Assembly: GCA_046331505.1 (NCBI GenBank)
Contig: JAXLQT010000008.1
Location: 11,567-75,566 of the forward strand
Origin: Acidobacteriota bacterium
GTDB taxonomy: Bacteria > Acidobacteriota > Vicinamibacteria > JAXLQT01
Direction of reading: 5' to 3'
Length of the DNA: 64,000 nt
The notes under the pieces are model-generated. The model ran no database searches. It was not told the DNA's origin and saw only the letters and a list, made by a program, of their open reading frames with translations. Shown here piece after piece: positions 8,167 to 17,642 of this stretch (position 1 is its first letter; the number at the start of each line of letters is the position of its first letter). The translations under genes and the position numbers were made by a program.

Positions 8167-9348
8167 ATGACGGGGACACGGAACCCGGCAACATTGGATC
8201 TCGGGGGCGGATTCGCTGGATCCGGGTGGTCCTTCCGGGCCGGAGCCATCGCGGGAATTCCCGTCTACGTTCACGCCACGATCGGTCTCCTGGCTTGCTG
8301 GGTGATCCTCCTCGCCGCGTCCTCGGGGCGCGGAGCCGAGGGCGCGCTGCGGGACGTCGTGCTGCTGGCCGCGGTGTTCGGGTGTCTCGTGCTGCACGAG
8401 CTCGGGCACGCCCTGGCGGCGCGGCGCTTCGGGATCTCGACCGTCGACATCACGCTCCTGCCGATCGGTGGTGTCGCGCGCCTCGAGCGGATGCCCAGGC
8501 GCCCCGTGGAGGAGCTCCTGGTGGCAGTGGCGGGTCCGGCAGTCAACTTCGCCGTCGCCGGGCTGCTGCTCGCGTGGATTTGGGCCACGGGGTCGGTCGC
8601 TGCTCCGGAGCTCTGGGGAACCGCCCTGGCGCGAAGGCTCGGGACGACGAACCTCGTGATCGGCGTGTTCAACCTCGTCCCGGCGTTCCCGCTGGACGGT
8701 GGCCGCGTGCTCCGCGCGGTTCTCGCTTGGAGGTTCGGCCACTTGGCCGCCACACGGATTGCCGCGAGGGTGGCGCGGGGGCTTTCGGTCCTCCTCGGCG
8801 TCGCCGGCGTCATCGGAAGCCCCGTCCTCGTGGTGATCGCGATCTTCGTGTGGGCCGGGGCGGGCGCCGAGGCGGCCCTGGCAGAGGTGCGCGAGGCGCT
8901 GCGCGGCGTGCGCGTGCGGGACGCGATGCTCACCGAAGTGCACACGCTGCCGACGGCGTCCAGCGTCGCGGAAGCCGTCGCGGTGGCCTCCCTGACTGCG
9001 CAGCCCGACTTTCCGGTGGTCGAGGGTGGGACGGTCGTCGGCCTCCTCACGCGCGCGGATCTCGTCGGGGCCGTCGCGCGCGGAGCGACAGCGGACGGGG
9101 TCGCTTGTGTGATGAGCGGCATCGTCGAGACGGCCGCCGAGGAGGACCCGCTACGCCGCGTGGCGGCCAGGGCATTCCGGGGCGGCACGATCCTGGTGCT
9201 GCGCGGTCCAACGGTGATTGGAATGCTGACGCCCGAGCACGTTCGGGACGTCGTGCGTCTGCGATCCGCGCTACCGCCGCGGGCCACGGCGCGGCCGGAC
9301 CAGGCGCGTCTCGGCGGGCCCGTGACGTGCCACGCCCGTGGTGCTTGA
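8167..9348 (+). CDS. Site-2 protease (M50) family membrane metalloprotease with C-terminal CBS pair.
   Basis: HELGHAL zinc motif, LDGGRVLRA motif, multiple TM segments, then CBS-like repeats. Confidence 0.8.
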   Translation: MTGTRNPATLDLGGGFAGSGWSFRAGAIAGIPVYVHATIGLLACWVILLAASSGRGAEGALRDVVLLAAVFGCLVLHELGHALAARRFGISTVDITLLPIGGVARLERMPRRPVEELLVAVAGPAVNFAVAGLLLAWIWATGSVAAPELWGTALARRLGTTNLVIGVFNLVPAFPLDGGRVLRAVLAWRFGHLAATRIAARVARGLSVLLGVAGVIGSPVLVVIAIFVWAGAGAEAALAEVREALRGVRVRDAMLTEVHTLPTASSVAEAVAVASLTAQPDFPVVEGGTVVGLLTRADLVGAVARGATADGVACVMSGIVETAAEEDPLRRVAARAFRGGTILVLRGPTVIGMLTPEHVRDVVRLRSALPPRATARPDQARLGGPVTCHARGA

Positions 9349-9399
9349 GAAGGGCGACGCGGCACGTCAATCGCACTCGATCGGACCCGGAGGCGATCC

Positions 9400-9867
9400 A
9401 TGAGAAGCATCAAGCGCATCCTGGTTCCGATCGACTTCTCGTCCGGGGCGCGCGCGGCGCTGGAGCTCGCCGCGCTCCTCGGCGAGAAGCTCGACGCCTC
9501 GATCGACGCGATCCACGTCTGGCAACCACCGGCGTCGGCGTCGCCGGGCGCTCTGGTCAGCGTCCCGGGGCTGGCCAACCGTCCGATCACGGAGCTCGCC
9601 CGGGGTGAGGCGGAGCGCGAGCTCGCCTTCTTCATGACCCTCGAGAAGCCCGATGGCCCACCGATCCCGGCGCGGCTCGAGGAGGGAGATCCGGCGCCGG
9701 TCATCCTGCGAGTGGCCAGGGATGGCGACTACCAGCTCATCGTGATGGGCACGACGGGTCGTACGGGCCTCAGGCACGCGGTCCTCGGGAGCGTGGCGGA
9801 GCGAGTGGTGAGGCACGCCCATTGCGGAGTGCTCATGGCCCGGGGACAGGAGGAGGTGGGGCGGTGA
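9400..9867 (+). CDS. Universal stress protein.
   Basis: MRSIKRILVPIDFSSGARAALELAA...IVMGTTGRTGLRHAVLGSVAERVV. Confidence 0.8.
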   Translation: MRSIKRILVPIDFSSGARAALELAALLGEKLDASIDAIHVWQPPASASPGALVSVPGLANRPITELARGEAERELAFFMTLEKPDGPPIPARLEEGDPAPVILRVARDGDYQLIVMGTTGRTGLRHAVLGSVAERVVRHAHCGVLMARGQEEVGR

Positions 9868-9884
9868 GGGCGATCTCAAGGGTG

Positions 9885-10340
9885 ATGCGGCGAGAAGTGA
9901 AAACGTGCGCGCCTTCGGACCCGTTGAGCGCGGCGCTATCGATGATGGACGCGATGCGCTGCGGGTGTGTCGTCGTGGTGGAGCAGGGCAGGCCGGTCGG
10001 GATGCTCACCGATCGCGACGCCTGCCTCTGCCTGGGACGCAAGGCCAAGGCCCCGGCCGACGTGCTCGTCCGTGAAGCCATGAGCCAACCTGTCGTCGCC
10101 GTTGGAGTGGGCGCCACGGTCGATGCCGCTCTCGATGCGATGACGCTCCACCGTGTCCACAGGGTCCCGGTCGTCGACGATCGGGGAGCGCTTGCCGGCC
10201 TGATCTCGCTGCACGACATCGCGAAGGAAGCGCTCGACGAGCTCGCGCTCGTCGAGCGGGGCGAGACGAGGACGCGAGCCGTGCGCTGCCGGGACGTGGG
10301 GCGCGCACTGGGCGAGACCGCCGGGCAGAACGGTCGGTAG
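9885..10340 (+). CDS. CBS-domain pair protein.
   Basis: MRREVKTCAPSDPLSAALSMMDAMRCGCVVVVEQGRPVGMLTDRD...VHRVPVVDDRGALAGLISLHD. An alternative GTG start at 9864 overlaps the usp stop. Confidence 0.7.
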   Translation: MRREVKTCAPSDPLSAALSMMDAMRCGCVVVVEQGRPVGMLTDRDACLCLGRKAKAPADVLVREAMSQPVVAVGVGATVDAALDAMTLHRVHRVPVVDDRGALAGLISLHDIAKEALDELALVERGETRTRAVRCRDVGRALGETAGQNGR

Positions 10341-10424
10341 CGCGCGGCGTGGTCCGCGGGACGCCGCCGCCGCCACTGGCACTCGCATTGCTGTGGAGAG
10401 GAGTGCGCGAAGAGAGGAGGAGTC

Positions 10425-10838
10425 ATGAGCGTACCTAGATTCCTGGTCCTGACCGTCCTGCTCCTCCCATCGCCGGCAACGGCGAATGGCGTGGCGGACC
10501 GCATCCATCTCTGGACGCGGATCCCTGGAAGCGATCTCGTGGTTGCCGAGGGGCAGGCGTTCGGCCTGGCATTCTCGGTCTCGAGGGAGTCCAACGTCAT
10601 GATTCTCGCCCTCGACCGGACGGGCGGCGTTCGCGTCCTCTTCCCGAATCGCATCCATACGTCCGGACGCGTCCAAGCCGGTACGGTCGCGACGATCGAC
10701 GCCATCTACCCGGACGCGGCGCTGGGCGGCGCCCTGCCGCAGCTGTCGTCGAGGCCACCCGCCGCGGCGCTCGTCGCCAAGGCGACGGGCCGGAACGTCG
10801 TCGATACGCCCGTCGCCACGGCGCGGGCGACCGGATGA
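10425..10838 (+). CDS. Secreted hypothetical protein (signal peptide).
   Basis: Strong RBS GAGAGGAGGAG. N-terminal hydrophobic h-region LVLTVLLLPSPATANG. Its stop overlaps the next ORF (ATGA). Confidence 0.5.
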   Translation: MSVPRFLVLTVLLLPSPATANGVADRIHLWTRIPGSDLVVAEGQAFGLAFSVSRESNVMILALDRTGGVRVLFPNRIHTSGRVQAGTVATIDAIYPDAALGGALPQLSSRPPAAALVAKATGRNVVDTPVATARATG

Positions 10839-11095
10839 GGAAAGCGCGCGATCGTCGTGCAACCGGCGGAGCGGCGTGCCGCTCCGCCGTCCTGCGTGGC
10901 GCCTCGCCAGGAGCCGCAGCAGAGAGTGGCGTCCCCACGGGCCGCTCCTCCGAAGCCGGCACCGCTCGTCTCGCCGAGGCCCGCCCCTTACCAGCCGCCG
11001 AGGCTGCCGCAGGTCCCACCGCGAAGGCCCGTGCCGAAGGCACCCGCGACACCCGCGCCCCAGAGGCGATAGAGGCGCTACCGAGGAAGACCACC

Positions 11096-11734
11096 ATGAT
11101 GTTCCACAACCGAAGCCATGCCGCCAACCTTCTCGTGCAGGAGCTTGCGGCGCATCGAGGGCAGGGGCCGCTCGTCCTCGGCATCCCGGGGGGAGGCGTG
11201 CCGATGGCCCGCCACATCGCGGACGCTCTCGGCGCTGATCTCGACGTCGTGCTCGTCAGGAAGATCGGACACCCGTCGTCGAAGGAGGTCGCCATCGGCG
11301 CGATCGGGGAGGACGGCGAGGTCCGGCTGGGGCCGGGCGCGGCCGGCGTCTCCACCGCCTACGTCGATGCCGAGGCCGCCCGGCAGTTCTCGAGGATCGC
11401 CCGGATGCGGGCGCTATTGACCCCGAGCCACGCCGCCGTCGACGTCCGTGGACGTACGTGCATCGTGGTGGACGACGGCGCAGCCACGGGCCACACCATG
11501 CTTGCGGCGGTGCACTCGCTCCACGCGCGGGGAGCGAAGAGGGTCGTTGCGGCGCTCCCGGTGGCTTCGGTCGAAGCCTACTGGCTCCTTGCGTCGGTCG
11601 CCGACGACGTGGTGTGCCTCCACGCCCCGGAGGGGTTTCACTCCGTCGGGCACTTCTACGAAGACTTCAGGCCCGTGCGGGACGACGAGGTGGCGGCGGC
11701 GCTCGGATCCTCGGAGGCGCGCGTCACGGCCTGA
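11096..11734 (+). CDS. Predicted phosphoribosyltransferase (PRTase, type I).
   Basis: MMFHNRSHAANLLVQELAAHRG...LVLGIPGGGVPMARHIADALGADLDVVLVRKIG...CIVVDDGAATGHTMLAAV is a PRTase fold. This family is often Usp-associated. Confidence 0.75.
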   Translation: MMFHNRSHAANLLVQELAAHRGQGPLVLGIPGGGVPMARHIADALGADLDVVLVRKIGHPSSKEVAIGAIGEDGEVRLGPGAAGVSTAYVDAEAARQFSRIARMRALLTPSHAAVDVRGRTCIVVDDGAATGHTMLAAVHSLHARGAKRVVAALPVASVEAYWLLASVADDVVCLHAPEGFHSVGHFYEDFRPVRDDEVAAALGSSEARVTA

Positions 11735-13087
11735 CGCGCGGCGGCGCGCGCACCCGCGGCTTCCCGCGCCTCGCGGCCGGCTTCTACCGTCAGGTCCCGG
11801 GCGCCGAAGGCGACGCCGATCGCCTTCAGGAACCCGTTGGGAGGAACGCCGCCGGCGAAGATCCAGGCGAAGTCGTTCGGCAGCTCCTGCCGGGCCCCGT
11901 CGACCTCGAGGATCGCCGCGTCCGGCGTGAAGCACACGGGATGCGAGCGGAGCAGGACGCGGAGCTTCCCGGCTCTCCGGCACGCCTCGAGACGGTGGGC
12001 GTTGCGCTCCTTGATGCGTGAGAAACGGTCCTGGCGGTAGGACAGTGTGACGTCGTTGCCGGGCTGCGATGCGAGCCCCATCGCCGCCTCGACCGCGCTG
12101 TCGCCTCCGCCCACCACGAGAAGGCGCTTTCCCGTGTAGTGATCCGCCTCGATCAGACGGTACATGACCTTGGGAAGCTCCTCACCCGGGATGCCGAGCT
12201 TGCGCGGCGTACCTGCGCGTCCGAGAGCGAGGACAACGGCGCGCGCACGGTAGGCGCTCCTCTCGGTGACGACCTCGAAGAGCCCGTCCCTGCCCTCGAT
12301 GGACTGGACGGGCTCGCCCGTGCGTATGCTCACGTCCTCGCGCGCCAGGAGGCGCCGCCAGATGGCCAGGAGCTCCTCCTTCGAGAGCTCGGTCTTCCGG
12401 AAGCGGCCGTAGAGGGGGAGCTCCACGGGTGAGGTCATCACGAGCTTCTGTCGTGGGTACTTCGACACCGTACCGCCGATCTCGTCGCGCTCCAGCGTGA
12501 CGTAGCGGAGGCCCCGCTCGATCGCGCGCAGCGTGGCGCTGATCCCCGCCGGCCCGGCTCCCACGATCACGACGTCGAGGGGACCGGCCTCGGCGCGCGG
12601 GGCGGTGCGGCGGGCGGCGATGATGTCGATGCAGTCGCGGCCCTGGTTGACGGCATTCTTGATGAGGGCGAGGCCTCCGAGCTCGCCGGCGATGAACTGG
12701 TTCGGCAGGTTCGTCTCGTTTTCCCTCGTGAGGAACGGGAGGTCCGCGGCATACCCGGGCTTGCCATCGTCATCTCGATGGCACCGACGGGGGCAGGCGT
12801 CGGCGCACAGGCCGTGGCCGATGCAGCGATGGCCTCCCGATCCGCGCCTTGCCGCCGAGGAGCGCGAGCACTTCGCCCTCGGGACAGACGCTCGTGCATC
12901 CCCCGCAGCCGATGCAGCGGGACGTGTCGATGTGAGGGGTGCTGGCGGCGCGGGCCCTCGGATGACGCCTTCCCGCGCTCCGACGCGCGGCGCGCTCGGT
13001 GCTCCCGCGCGGCGGCCGCCTTCTGGTAGCGAAGGACGAAGACGGCGGTCAGGAGGCTCGCGAGGGCGAACGCGACGGCGGTGTCCA
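11656..13087 (-). CDS. TM-anchored ferredoxin (2x[4Fe-4S]) fused to an FAD/NAD(P)-binding oxidoreductase. The frame is disrupted near 12940-12990.
   Basis: The C-terminal 304 aa (track ORF 11656..12570) have GxGxxG VVIVGAGPAGIS...LLVVGGGDSAVE. The same frame stays open upstream and encodes RCIGCGGCTSVCP...RCIGHGLCADACP ferredoxin motifs with no in-frame start. An N-terminal TM helix (VDTAVAFALASLLTAVFVL) sits in another frame, from the GTG at about 13087. Confidence 0.55.
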
Positions 13088-13089
13088 CG

Positions 13090-14034
13090 TCAGAAGTAGC
13101 CCATCGTGATGACGACGCCCACATGGATCGCGACCAGGATGGCGAGCGTGTAGCTGAAGGGCCGGTGGACGACGTGCCACAGGCGGAAGACCTGCTGGGC
13201 GCGGCCGAGGAAGATCACCTTCTTGGCGGTGGATGCCTCGCGCCTCGCGGTGGCGATGGCGTGCTCGAGATCGGCTCGCGAGGTGGAGAGAAACCCGCCG
13301 AGAGCGCGCACGCGCTCCGGGAACGGCACGGCGCGCCGCCGAAGGCGCGCGACGCCGACCGCCTGCCGCACGTCGACGGCCACCATCGTCCCCAGCGCCG
13401 CGAGGGTGGACATCTCCTCCACGCGCGCGGGGCTTGGAAGACACAGGAGCAGGCCGAGATGCTCCTCCGGGACGAGCCGCTCGTCGGCGAGCGCGGCGGA
13501 TGCGCGCGCCAGTGTCTCCTGGATCTCCTTGAGGGAGAGCTCCGCCCGCGCCAGGCGGCGCGGGATCTGGGCGTAGAGATAGCGCCCGATCACGCCGCTC
13601 AGCGCAACCGCGACCATGATCCAGAACGCCATTCCCGCGAAGCCGCGCGACTTGAAGGACGCGTGAAATGCAACCACGACAGGCGTGAAGAGGCCGAGGA
13701 GCACGTGGTAGTCGAGCCAGCGCCGGGAGCTTCCCCTCCGGGAGAGCCAGCTCCAGCGCTTCCGGAGCGGGTAGAGGAAGATGCCGAGAAGCATGGCGAG
13801 GGCCGCGAACCCGAGCCGCAGTCCGAGCGTACCGGTGGGGCGCAGGAGGGCGTGCCTCTCGGAGAAGGGGCGCTCCGCGAAGGGCAGCATGTAGTAGCGG
13901 GCTCCAAAGGCCGCGAGGCCGAGGAGCGACGCGATGGCCACCGAATAGGATGCGGCGAGCCGCCGGCGATGGCCGCGTTCGGGATCGGCAAGACGCGGCG
14001 CCGCGATCGGGCGGGGGAGCGTCGCGGTGCTCAC
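13090..14034 (-). CDS. His-rich 4-TM membrane protein (candidate b-type heme / ferric-reductase-like transmembrane component).
   Basis: The GTG start overlaps the stop of the upstream gene (GTGA). TM helices carry paired His (DYHVLL...AFHASF; RLWHVVHRPF...AIHVG) and YPLRKR motifs. The first 260 codons of track ORF 13090..14814 were judged spurious. Confidence 0.5.
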   Translation of the reverse strand: MSTATLPRPIAAPRLADPERGHRRRLAASYSVAIASLLGLAAFGARYYMLPFAERPFSERHALLRPTGTLGLRLGFAALAMLLGIFLYPLRKRWSWLSRRGSSRRWLDYHVLLGLFTPVVVAFHASFKSRGFAGMAFWIMVAVALSGVIGRYLYAQIPRRLARAELSLKEIQETLARASAALADERLVPEEHLGLLLCLPSPARVEEMSTLAALGTMVAVDVRQAVGVARLRRRAVPFPERVRALGGFLSTSRADLEHAIATARREASTAKKVIFLGRAQQVFRLWHVVHRPFSYTLAILVAIHVGVVITMGYF

Positions 14035-14852
14035 CGTGTGGGTTCCGGCTCGGCACTCGCCGAGATCCGCTCGTCCGTGGAGACCGAGAAGCGCCGGTAG
14101 TCCGTGAATCGATGTGTGTTTCGCCAGTGCTGCCTCGGCGTCGCGACCTCGATGCTGGCGACAGAGGGGAACCAGTGCCGCTCGGCGACGTCCGGAAACA
14201 CCGGTGCGAACTGCTCGTCCGCGCGGAGCACGTCGAGGCCCACGTCGGTCATGCTGTCCTCGACCGAGGCAAGGATGCGTGCGATCACGCCCGTGCGGAC
14301 GTCGATCCACGCCGTCCCCGAGAGGTCGAGCGGATACTCCCGCCCGCGGAGCGTGAGGGCCGCGGGAGATCGCGTCCCTCGCAGATGGTGGAACGCGATC
14401 TTCTCGAGGGAGCGGCCGCCGACGACCTCCCGGCCCGTCGCGGAGAACTGGAAGGACGACGCATAGGCCGGGTGGAAGATGAGGAACAGCATCGCGAAGC
14501 CGTTGCTGACCAGCATCGATGGCGTGTCCGCGTGGGTTGCCGCCTCGGCCACCGGGTGGCGCGATTCGTCGACGGTGAGATCGCCTCCCGAATCGCCGAG
14601 GAGGACGAGGTAGTGGTACCTGGAGGCCAGCTCTTCCTTGACGCTCTGGTCCGGGCCGAGCTTCTCCTGGCGCACCTCCTCGACACACTGGACGTCGGAG
14701 AGCTGGTCCAGGAATCCGGCCACCTGCTTGCCGGTGCGGTCCAGCACGACGCCAAGGTCGACCGCGTCCGGCGTCCCGCCGAGCGCCAAGGGCGATCGCG
14801 CGGGGTCGAGACACGCAACAATGCCAATGGCGATGCGGGCCGCGGGCCTCAT
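14031..14852 (-). CDS. Periplasmic or lipoprotein-like hypothetical protein.
   Basis: MRPAARIAIGIVAC signal with a lipobox-like Cys. Its stop overlaps the downstream start and its start overlaps the upstream stop (ATGA). No recognisable domain. Confidence 0.5.
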   Translation of the reverse strand: MRPAARIAIGIVACLDPARSPLALGGTPDAVDLGVVLDRTGKQVAGFLDQLSDVQCVEEVRQEKLGPDQSVKEELASRYHYLVLLGDSGGDLTVDESRHPVAEAATHADTPSMLVSNGFAMLFLIFHPAYASSFQFSATGREVVGGRSLEKIAFHHLRGTRSPAALTLRGREYPLDLSGTAWIDVRTGVIARILASVEDSMTDVGLDVLRADEQFAPVFPDVAERHWFPSVASIEVATPRQHWRNTHRFTDYRRFSVSTDERISASAEPEPTR

Positions 14853-16588
14853 CGGCTCGACCGCCTCGTGTCGAAGATGTACCCGACCGATGCCATCCAC
14901 TGGTCGTAGCTGAACTGTCCGCGGCTCATCGTGTAGCCTCCCTGGAGGAAGTAGTGGGTGCCGAGGACCACGTCCAGGTTCGCGGTGACGAAGGCCGCGC
15001 GATCCGCCGTGGCGAGCGGCGAGCTGAAGGACTGGACGCCGGCGAGGACCTCGACGCGGAGCGCCTCGGTCATGCTACGCGAGAGCGAGAGCGAGGCGTA
15101 GGAGCCGTCGCCGAGCGAGCTGTTGAACCTCGCCCAGTGGGCGTCCGCGCGAGCGCCGAGCCACGGGACGCGGGCCCACGTGACGCCGTAGGTCTGGTTC
15201 CACGACGTGCGGGCGTCACCCGTGCGATCGCTCTGGCCCACCGCGCCGTAGATCCAGACGCCGCGCACGGCCTCGACGCGGGCTCCCAGGTTGATCCCCT
15301 GGAAGAGGTAGCGGTCGAGCAACCCGGTGCCCACGAGCTTGGGATCGAACGCTGGAAGGTCGCGGAAGTAGTTGTGCTGGAGCGAGAGCTCGAGCCTCGG
15401 CACCGGCTGGAGGCGGACCGTCAGGAAGTGGCGGGAGAGACCGGCACCGGCGGAAGGGTCCTGGCCGCGCGCCCCGTCGATCTGCAGTGAGTCGTAGATC
15501 GAGAGCACGCTCTTGAAGAAGAGACCGTTCTCGAAGAAGACGAACGGGCGATCGACGGTCCATCCGAGTGTGCTGACGCCGAGCCCCGACGTGGTCGTGT
15601 AGCGGAACCCTTCGTAGCTACCGCCCTCGAGGTTGACGAACCCTCCGGCGATGCGCCGGTCGGGAGCATAGCTCCAGGACGTCGGATCCGGAGTCGTGCC
15701 GGCGAACACGCCGACCGTGCCGCCCCGGCCGAAACGGCGGCCGCCGTAGCCGCCGTCGATGGTGTCGAGGCTGGGCGCCCAGGGGAGGTAGATGCGCCCG
15801 ATGCCGGCGACCCACCGAGCATTCGGGTTGTCGTAGGTCAATCCGATGTGGTAGGTCCGGTTGACGATGTCCTGCAGCGTCTGCGAGCCCGTCGACGAGC
15901 CCGATCCCTCCCGGCCGCGGAAGTACCCCGAGAGGTTCCAGTAGCTGCCGCCGATGCGGGTGAGGTCCGGACGCATCACGATGCCGAACGTGGAAGCGCT
16001 CGATCCGGCATCGCCGTGCTCCGACGTCGAACCGACGTCCAGCCCCAGGCGCATGCGGAAGCGGTTGACGGACGGCAGTGGCGGGCAGGGCACCTCGTCG
16101 CGCACCTCCTCGTCGAGGGGATCTCCCTCGGTGAAGGTGACGACGGCCGGGTAGCGCCGGCTCGGGCTCAGGGTCCGCTGCTCCACGAGCGCGCGCGCGT
16201 CGAGCGTCGACAGTATCGCGACGTCGCCGACGGCGAGGGCACGCGACGTCGATGGCACGTCGGCGACCGCCGAGACCTCGGCGACGCCGGAGATCGTGAG
16301 CCGCGCGACGATCCGCGGATCGGATGGGTCGACGGTGGCGCCCGGGAGGTCGGGAGGGCCTCCGTCCCGGATGAACAGGGTCATCCCGATCGAGAGGCCG
16401 GCGCTGCTGCCCCCGTCGAGGTACAGCACGCCCTGCGCGACGTACTTCACACGGAACGTCGTGCGAACGTCGGGCGCCGCGGCGCCCGGATCCGGCTCCT
16501 GGGCGATGGCGGCCATCGCGGCGCGGAGAAGGACCGCGCCGGAGATCGCGGCCCGCCGTCGCGCGCGGGAATGCGGCTGGTGCGCCAT
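14849..16588 (-). CDS. Secreted large protein, outer-membrane beta-barrel-like (hypothetical).
   Basis: Signal-like N-terminus (AISGAVLLRAAMAAIAQE). Gly/Tyr/Ser-rich alternating segments are typical of OM barrels. It is the first gene of a 4-gene coupled operon. Confidence 0.5.
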   Translation of the reverse strand: MAHQPHSRARRRAAISGAVLLRAAMAAIAQEPDPGAAAPDVRTTFRVKYVAQGVLYLDGGSSAGLSIGMTLFIRDGGPPDLPGATVDPSDPRIVARLTISGVAEVSAVADVPSTSRALAVGDVAILSTLDARALVEQRTLSPSRRYPAVVTFTEGDPLDEEVRDEVPCPPLPSVNRFRMRLGLDVGSTSEHGDAGSSASTFGIVMRPDLTRIGGSYWNLSGYFRGREGSGSSTGSQTLQDIVNRTYHIGLTYDNPNARWVAGIGRIYLPWAPSLDTIDGGYGGRRFGRGGTVGVFAGTTPDPTSWSYAPDRRIAGGFVNLEGGSYEGFRYTTTSGLGVSTLGWTVDRPFVFFENGLFFKSVLSIYDSLQIDGARGQDPSAGAGLSRHFLTVRLQPVPRLELSLQHNYFRDLPAFDPKLVGTGLLDRYLFQGINLGARVEAVRGVWIYGAVGQSDRTGDARTSWNQTYGVTWARVPWLGARADAHWARFNSSLGDGSYASLSLSRSMTEALRVEVLAGVQSFSSPLATADRAAFVTANLDVVLGTHYFLQGGYTMSRGQFSYDQWMASVGYIFDTRRSSR

Positions 16589-16703
16589 GCGGCGAAAGGA
16601 TGGCCGGCAGATGGGCGGCGCGCTACTGTACGACGCGCCAGATCTGGTACAGGCGCGGAGCTGACCTCGAAGACAGGCTCGGAGAAGAGCTCGAACGGTG
16701 GCC

Positions 16704-17468
16704 TCAGGATGCCTTGCTCTCTCCCTGCCACCAGCGCGCGATGAGATCGCTGCGGCGCTTCACTCCGACCTTGCGCAGGAGGTTTCCCACGTGGAACTTC
16801 GCCGTGCGCTCGGAGATGTGGAGCCGGGATCCGATCTCCTTGTTGGAGAGGTTGTCGAGCAGCGCGCGCAGCACCTCCTGCTCCCGCCGGCTCAGCTCGC
16901 CGAGGTACGACGAGACGGGATGGCGCGCGGGCGTCACGAGGGAGTCGACGAAGACGGAGACCACCTCTCGCGACGCCCAGAGCTTCCCGCGGGCGACCTG
17001 GTCCACCGCTTCGCGAAACCGCCTGGGAGCGTCTCGGTAGGAGAGCAGTCCCTTCACGCCGAGCCGGAGGAACGGGATCGCGTTCGCAGCGCCGAACGTC
17101 TCGCTGAGGACGAGCACCGAGGCCGAGGGCATGCGCTCGCGGATCGCGCGGACCAGCGCCAGGTCGTGATGGAGCGACACGCAGGCGTCGATGGCGTAGA
17201 CCCGGCATCGGGGCAGTGTGGCGCAGAAGGCCTCGGTGTCGGCGCCGAGGGACATGCGCGCCGCCGCGACCGGGCGATGGCTCTTTCCGAGGAGCCGCGC
17301 GAGCTCGGCGGCCACCATCGGGTGGATCGCGACGACACAGGCGCCGTCAGTCTCCGCGCGTCGCTTGGACACGGGAAGAACGTAGCCGAACCGCGGCCCA
17401 GGGTCAATCGTGCGGCTGGGCCGGACCGGCCGGAAGGACAGGTGGGCTGCCTGTACCAGGACTGTCAT
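16704..17468 (-). CDS. LuxR/NarL-family transcriptional regulator (atypical receiver plus HTH).
   Basis: C-terminal HTH LSRREQEVLRALLDNLSNKEIGSRLHISERTAKFHVGNLLRKVGV. Start at ATG 17468 is uncertain. Confidence 0.65.
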   Translation of the reverse strand: MTVLVQAAHLSFRPVRPSRTIDPGPRFGYVLPVSKRRAETDGACVVAIHPMVAAELARLLGKSHRPVAAARMSLGADTEAFCATLPRCRVYAIDACVSLHHDLALVRAIRERMPSASVLVLSETFGAANAIPFLRLGVKGLLSYRDAPRRFREAVDQVARGKLWASREVVSVFVDSLVTPARHPVSSYLGELSRREQEVLRALLDNLSNKEIGSRLHISERTAKFHVGNLLRKVGVKRRSDLIARWWQGESKAS

Positions 17469-17494
17469 GGCGGACAGTGGCGCCCGCGGCAGGG

Positions 17495-17522
17495 TTCGTG
17501 CATTCTGTTTTCGAGGCACGAA
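17495..17522 (+). promoter_or_regulatory. Inverted-repeat candidate operator in a divergent promoter region.
   Basis: TTCGTGC-N14-GCACGAA (7-bp arms, locally AT-rich spacer) lies between the LuxR-type gene and the multiheme cytochrome operon. Confidence 0.3.
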
Positions 17523-17642
17523 TGACCGCCCGCCCGGGACGACATGAACAGGCGCTCCCCGCGGGCACACTCTCCGGCGACTGCACCGCGCGGGGGCGGC
17601 CACCGCGAGCGCGGCCCGGAAGCACGAGCAGAGGAGTCGAGA

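Noticed and set aside
13090-14814. The 574-aa track ORF as a single gene.
   Set aside because: Its first about 260 codons overlap, in another frame, a better-supported lipoprotein gene (14031-14852). That gene has a signal peptide and start/stop coupling. Only the region from the GTG at 14034 downward is taken as the membrane-protein gene.
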